This document shows positions 43,977 to 48,852 of a DNA stretch of 48,852 nt, piece after piece. Origin of the DNA: an uncultured bacterium (lineage in GTDB: Bacteria > Acidobacteriota > Thermoanaerobaculia > Multivoradales > JAHZIX01); assembly GCA_965368975.1 (NCBI GenBank), contig CBDUPA010000031.1, forward strand, positions 1 through 48,852. The letters run 5' to 3'. A model generated the notes under the pieces. That model saw only the letters and a list, made by a program, of their open reading frames with translations. It was not told where the DNA came from and searched no databases. Every line of letters starts with the position of its first letter. Position 1 is the first letter of the stretch. Position numbers and translations under genes: made by a program.

Positions 43977-46259
43977 TCAAACCGCGCTATTGGCCCGCGG
44001 TACTCGCGACTCTCGTTCCGGAGTCGCGGGGGGCGGCGGTGGCGGATTCGGCTGGTCCGGACCGGGAACGGTGACCACCAGGGGCGCGCTGGTGCGCGTC
44101 CCTTCCGCGCAGTTGCGCACCTCGGCCACGACGATATAGGTGCCCGGCTCCGCGTAGGTGAATCGGGGTGCCTTTCCCTCGTTGGGATCGCTGCTCCAAG
44201 GCTCGAAATCCTGACCACCCCCGAGATCGAAGTTCCAGCGCCACTCGACCGCTCCAGGAGCGTCGAGATCGAACTGTACGGTGCGGCTCGTAGGCTGCGC
44301 GGGGTAGCCCTCGTAGGTCGGCACAAACGCCTGATCGCCAGGGAGGTCGGGCAACCACTGGATCGGCACCAACGGGCTGGTCAGCGTCGCGGCGCCTTGA
44401 TTGTTGCTGACCGTGACCTCGGCGGTGTAGATCTGGCCGCCTCGCGCCTCGGGCGGCGCCGGTTCCCAGACGAAGGTGCTGCTGTCGTCACCCACTGCCA
44501 CCAAATGCCCTTGCTGGCTGTACACCTGCCAGGCATAGGTCAGCGGCGGCTCACCGGTCACACCTTCCGCCTGGAAGGTGATCGGTTGGCACAGCATAGC
44601 CGTCATGGGAGTTACGGAAAGGCCGGTGACTTGGGGTGGCCCTTCGCGGACGATAATCTGCCGGCTCGTGGTGCCACTGCCAACCCCGTTGGTCACTTGC
44701 AAGGTCACCGTCTTGGTGCCGGTACTGAAGAAGGTCACTGCAGGGTCTTCGGCGTCCGAGGTGGCGGGATCGCCATCGGGCTCGAAGCTCCACGAGTAGC
44801 TGCTCGGCAGACCTGTAGAAGCATCGGCGAAGGCGACCTCCAAACCAGAATACACATCCTCTGGAGACCAGGTGAAGTCGGCCAGAGGCGGCAGAACTTC
44901 CGTGCGCTGGTGAACGTCGAACAAGCCCTTGGCGACGCGGTAGAAATAGGTACCGTTGAACTTTCCCGCCTGCGGCTGGACGTTGTTGAAACCGTTCACA
45001 CCGCCACTGCGGTAGTACCACGACCAGTAGCTGACCTCTTCGCCGCCGAGCACTTCCACTTCCTGCGGCGTGATGTCCCGCGGCGCCCAGGCGTTGCTGA
45101 CATCGTCGAGCCACTCTTCCTGTGGGAAGCTCGGACACACGGAGCCGGTCCCCCAATAGAGGAATGGCGTACCGTCGGCCCGCGAAAAGGTGACCGTGCC
45201 TAACCCAGGCTGCGCCGGTGAGGTTGCGGGCCGAGACCACACCAGCGCGGGTGTGCAGGGACCATTGGCAATACAGCTGGCGTCATAGATGCTGTGCTGG
45301 CCAGCCTCACGGACGGCCAGGTAGTAAGCACCGCTCTGCTTCCACATGGCGACACCATAGAGAACGCGCCCCTGCAGCGCATCCGTCACCTGGCGGGGCT
45401 GGCTCGGATCCCGGACGTCCCAAATCTCGAGACCGCTTGGATTGCCGAGCGACGTCACAGCTACGAAGTGGTCGACCCCATCGACAAAGTTGGCGGCGCT
45501 GCGACTGCCAATCCTACCGAGGAAGACCCCTGGACAGTCGCTCGCGACGAGGCCGGGCTGCCCTTCGATGCAGGGCTGTGGCAGTGGCTTGGCCGCGTCC
45601 AGATCATAGGCAAACAGACCACCATCGGCCTGCGTGGCCGCCAGGAAGGCGTAGGCTCGCCCGTCGATCGCAGCGGTGTAGACCTGATTACCTTGGCGGG
45701 TCAGCGAGGTGTCAGCGCCGTGATCCTGGTACAGCAGACGCGGCAGACTACGGTCAGTGGTGTCGAAAACCATCAAACCTGTACCGTGCCAGCCAGCCAG
45801 CGCGACCAGGTCGTCGCGTCCCGGTGGGGCGTCGACATCTTGAAACACCAGGAAGGCGTGCGATTCGACACCCCAGGTAAGGCCCATGCTGTCGATGCTC
45901 AGGCTGCTCAACAATGCCGGGCGCCCGGGCGCGGTCTTGCTATTCCATAGCTGAAGGCGCAGGTTGTTGGCGACGAAGATCGTGTCGGCTTCGATGTCGA
46001 TGGCCTGGAAGTACGGATTGTCGACCCAGGAACCGATCTCTCGAAACGCGGTGTTGTCGCGGTTCTGCGGCAGGCGCGCGGTGTCCATCGGACGCAGACT
46101 GCCCCAGAGTTGCTTCGGCACAGCAACGGCGGGTGTATGACTCGCCGACCAGCCCGCGCAAGAACCGGCGCTCTGCGCCAGAGCTGGCTGGAGACATATC
46201 GCTGCCGTGGCGATCAGGGTGCAAGCGAAGAAGTGGGCAAGGTAGCTGGGGCTACGCAT
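43977..46259 (-). CDS. Secreted PKD-domain protein with N-terminal beta-propeller-like region
   Basis: Signal peptide; LVIVD-like blades (GLMVFDTTD, GLEIWDVRDPSQP); PKD motifs FADASTGLPSSYSWSF and FTYAEPGTYIVVAEVRN; Pro-rich tail. Confidence 0.82.
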   Translation of the reverse strand: MRSPSYLAHFFACTLIATAAICLQPALAQSAGSCAGWSASHTPAVAVPKQLWGSLRPMDTARLPQNRDNTAFREIGSWVDNPYFQAIDIEADTIFVANNLRLQLWNSKTAPGRPALLSSLSIDSMGLTWGVESHAFLVFQDVDAPPGRDDLVALAGWHGTGLMVFDTTDRSLPRLLYQDHGADTSLTRQGNQVYTAAIDGRAYAFLAATQADGGLFAYDLDAAKPLPQPCIEGQPGLVASDCPGVFLGRIGSRSAANFVDGVDHFVAVTSLGNPSGLEIWDVRDPSQPRQVTDALQGRVLYGVAMWKQSGAYYLAVREAGQHSIYDASCIANGPCTPALVWSRPATSPAQPGLGTVTFSRADGTPFLYWGTGSVCPSFPQEEWLDDVSNAWAPRDITPQEVEVLGGEEVSYWSWYYRSGGVNGFNNVQPQAGKFNGTYFYRVAKGLFDVHQRTEVLPPLADFTWSPEDVYSGLEVAFADASTGLPSSYSWSFEPDGDPATSDAEDPAVTFFSTGTKTVTLQVTNGVGSGTTSRQIIVREGPPQVTGLSVTPMTAMLCQPITFQAEGVTGEPPLTYAWQVYSQQGHLVAVGDDSSTFVWEPAPPEARGGQIYTAEVTVSNNQGAATLTSPLVPIQWLPDLPGDQAFVPTYEGYPAQPTSRTVQFDLDAPGAVEWRWNFDLGGGQDFEPWSSDPNEGKAPRFTYAEPGTYIVVAEVRNCAEGTRTSAPLVVTVPGPDQPNPPPPPPATPERESRVPRANSAV

Positions 46260-46284
46260 GGCAAACAGGCAGACTCCTGACGAC

Positions 46285-46323
46285 AAAAGGCCTCCCGAAC
46301 CGCTCAGTCCGGTCCGGGAGCCC
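46285..46323 (-). terminator. Rho-independent terminator between the two PKD genes
   Basis: Minus strand GGGCTCCCGGACCG-gactgag-CGGTTCGGGAGGCC-TTTT, about 40 nt after the stop at 46363. Confidence 0.72.
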
Positions 46324-46362
46324 TGCTCTGGGAAAGCGATCCTGAAGAAGGTCGCGGCCCGC

Positions 46363-48852
46363 TTAACGCGGTACGCCAGTCACGTAGGAAGGATCGTTGT
46401 TGGCGTCGTTGACCACCTGGGCGGCCGACAGCAGCTGGCCGCTGCGCACTACGATCTGGACCGTGAAGCCGCCCTCGGCACCCTCTGCCGGAATCGGGTG
46501 GCTGCTCGGATTGATCTGACGCATGCGTTCCGGGCGGACTCGGTAGCCTTCGATGGCACCGAGTTCGCGACCGTCCAGCCCACGATAGATGAGATCGTAC
46601 TCCGCCAGCGTGTCACCCGGGTTGTAAACCCAGATGGTGGAGCGGGCACCTTCGTCCTGTTGCAGACCCGCCAGGATCTGGCGATGGCCAGCTTCCGCGA
46701 TGTCGGCATCGGTGAGCGGCGCGACGAACTGTCCGAAGCGGCGTGCCGGGTTGGCGTTGTCGTAGGTTTCGCCCTGGACGATCGGGAACACCCCGGTCTC
46801 GGAGGTCGACTCGAAGACCAGCACACCGAGGCCGTTCTCGTTGCTCACGTCCCAGCGATCGACCAGCACGTTCTGCAGTCGCTTCGACTCACCGGGCAGC
46901 AGGGTCAAGGTCTCGGGCGTCAGTGGCACAGCGTTGTTGCCGGCACTGACGTAGGTCACGACGGTGGTGCTCATCTCCGAATCGACGTTGGCCAACAGCG
47001 CGTCCGTCTGCCACTCGGTATTGTTCAGGCCGCTGGTAGCCAGGGCACCGAGGAGGTAGATCTTGGGCGCCGTCGGCTCGCCGGCACGTACGAAGGACGG
47101 ATCCTCAGTGCCCGCGCGTAGGTTGGTGCCGTAGGTATAGACCTCGAGGCCGGCCGTCAAGAGCTCCACCTCGACGCGATAGTCGACCTCGTCCCGAATG
47201 CCAAATGCATTGCGCAGCTGGTTGAGCTGGAACTGCCGCTGGCCCAAGCGAGCGACGACGAAGTCGTCCGGTGTATCACCGATACGCTCGCCGCGACGGT
47301 TGTAGAAATGCAACCGGAAGCTGACGCCAGCGTCGTTCGGGTTGGTGATACCAAAGAAACCAAATCGATCGTCGTTGTCGTTGAGGCCGATCAGATGCAT
47401 CCGCTCCCCCGGCCCCGCCTTGGGCAGGCTCAGCTTCGGCACGCCAGGTACTCCCTGGCCGAAAGCCGTGCCATCGTCCTGGAAGGTCTGGTGGAAGCCC
47501 ACGGCCACAGGCGTCATGCTCGTGATGTCATCCGGCTCGATCTCGATGAAGCCCGAGACGTTGTCCAGTCCGAAGACCTCGGCCATCACGTCGTTGAAGA
47601 AGGCGGTTGCACCCGGTGACAACTCGATTTCGATTTCCGGAATGTCTGATCCGGCAGCCGGACGGCGCAGGAAGCGGATCTTGAAAGTTCGCGGCTCGGA
47701 GTCCGGGTTGTGTAGGTACAGCTTGCTCGACTGGTTGAGCGCTCCCTGCCCCTGGACGACCCATGGCAGCAAGACACTGTTGTGCCCCACGGGCAAGCCC
47801 GTGATGTCGTACGTCTGCGTTGTACTGTCTTGCTGTTCACCATCACTGACAGTCAGCTTCACCGTGTACTGCCCCGGCGCTCGCCAGGCGTGTGTCGGGT
47901 TCTGCAACACGGATGTGGTGCCGTCTCCAAAGTCCCATTCCCAGGTGGTCAGCTCACCGTCACTGTTATCGGTGAACTGGACGGCATCGAGCGTCTCCGC
48001 CGCACACCCCTCCTCGGTACAAGCAGCATCGCTATCGAAGCGTGCTACGACCGGCGGTGGTCCCTGAACCTGGAAGAGCATCTGCGCGGAATCCTGCGCT
48101 TCACCATCCGTCACGGTGAGGATGACCGTGTACAGGCCAGCCGCGGACCACTTGTAAGTCGGGTTCAGGTCTGTCGAGGTGCTGCCGTCGCCAAAGGCCC
48201 ACTGGCGACTACTAATCTCGCCGACACTTTGGTCGGTGAACTGGACGGTCTGGTTGCGCGCCACGGTACACACACCGCCGACGCAGGGCCTGTCGGTGGT
48301 AAAGCCGGCGTTGAGCACTGGGCCGGTCACCTCGAAGGTGCGCGCGGCCTGCGCCGAGCCACCTTCACCATCGGTCACGTTCAGGACGACGGCATAAACA
48401 CCGGCTGAACTCCAGGAATGGCTCGGGTTGGCCGCCGTCGAGGTGGTGCCGTCACCGAAGTTCCACTGGCGAGAACTCACGGGGCCGGTGGACGTGTCGG
48501 TGAACTGAATGGTCTGTCCGGCCTCGACGCTGCACACGTTGCCGAAGCAGGCAACGTTGACACCGAAGCTCGCCAGCAGCTGGTCGATTCCACCACCGAC
48601 GGCCAGTGTCGTCGTGGCCTTGTCGCTGCAGACACCAAAGGCACAGCTGGGATCCTGCCTCGAGACTTCCAGCTCGATCGGGTAGCTCCCCGCTTTGCTG
48701 AAAGTCTGCGTGACGGTCGCACCGCTGACCAGATCGCCGTCGATCCTCCAGGTGTAGTTCGTCGGGCTGCCAGAAGAGCTCGTGCCGCTAAAGGTCACGG
48801 TATCGCCGGCTTGCGGCGTGGTTGGGGTGATCTTGATGACAGCCTTGAGAGT
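46363..48852 (-). CDS. Large multi-PKD surface protein (5' end outside window)
   Basis: Frame open to the window edge; three copies of QFTDxSxG..WxFGDG..NP; C-terminal repeated beta domains. Confidence 0.9.
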   Translation of the reverse strand, partial: TLKAVIKITPTTPQAGDTVTFSGTSSSGSPTNYTWRIDGDLVSGATVTQTFSKAGSYPIELEVSRQDPSCAFGVCSDKATTTLAVGGGIDQLLASFGVNVACFGNVCSVEAGQTIQFTDTSTGPVSSRQWNFGDGTTSTAANPSHSWSSAGVYAVVLNVTDGEGGSAQAARTFEVTGPVLNAGFTTDRPCVGGVCTVARNQTVQFTDQSVGEISSRQWAFGDGSTSTDLNPTYKWSAAGLYTVILTVTDGEAQDSAQMLFQVQGPPPVVARFDSDAACTEEGCAAETLDAVQFTDNSDGELTTWEWDFGDGTTSVLQNPTHAWRAPGQYTVKLTVSDGEQQDSTTQTYDITGLPVGHNSVLLPWVVQGQGALNQSSKLYLHNPDSEPRTFKIRFLRRPAAGSDIPEIEIELSPGATAFFNDVMAEVFGLDNVSGFIEIEPDDITSMTPVAVGFHQTFQDDGTAFGQGVPGVPKLSLPKAGPGERMHLIGLNDNDDRFGFFGITNPNDAGVSFRLHFYNRRGERIGDTPDDFVVARLGQRQFQLNQLRNAFGIRDEVDYRVEVELLTAGLEVYTYGTNLRAGTEDPSFVRAGEPTAPKIYLLGALATSGLNNTEWQTDALLANVDSEMSTTVVTYVSAGNNAVPLTPETLTLLPGESKRLQNVLVDRWDVSNENGLGVLVFESTSETGVFPIVQGETYDNANPARRFGQFVAPLTDADIAEAGHRQILAGLQQDEGARSTIWVYNPGDTLAEYDLIYRGLDGRELGAIEGYRVRPERMRQINPSSHPIPAEGAEGGFTVQIVVRSGQLLSAAQVVNDANNDPSYVTGVPR

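Overview
High-GC bacterial chromosomal window. Gene content (TamB/BamA pair, IPTL-CTERM protein, large PKD proteins, ECF sigma/anti-sigma/LiaF-like triad) suggests a diderm, possibly Acidobacteriota; this is inference only. There are about 40 CDSs, mostly envelope and housekeeping genes: AmmeMemoRadiSam A/B, POT transporter, TamB/BamA, NAD kinase, TlyA, TrmB, ManC, MsrP, Rrf2, GT4, Wzt, arylsulfotransferase and PKD surface proteins, plus an MNT/HEPN toxin-antitoxin pair. No rRNA, tRNA, CRISPR array or transposase was seen. Two modules stand out. (1) A MamK-like actin (6172-7221) is translationally coupled to a membrane-anchored peptidoglycan amidase, with no magnetosome genes nearby. (2) Two tandem paralogous 54/55-aa peptides (34230-34586; one missing from the ORF track) have a double-glycine-type leader and a conserved core DPExCAIHxxYxQDALA, followed by a hairpin and a 794-aa TPR protein with a degenerate NTPase-like N-terminus. 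Also notable is a surface protein with an internal IPTL-CTERM signal followed by a second signal-like segment and near-identical 98-aa repeats. All family assignments come from motif recognition, not database searches.
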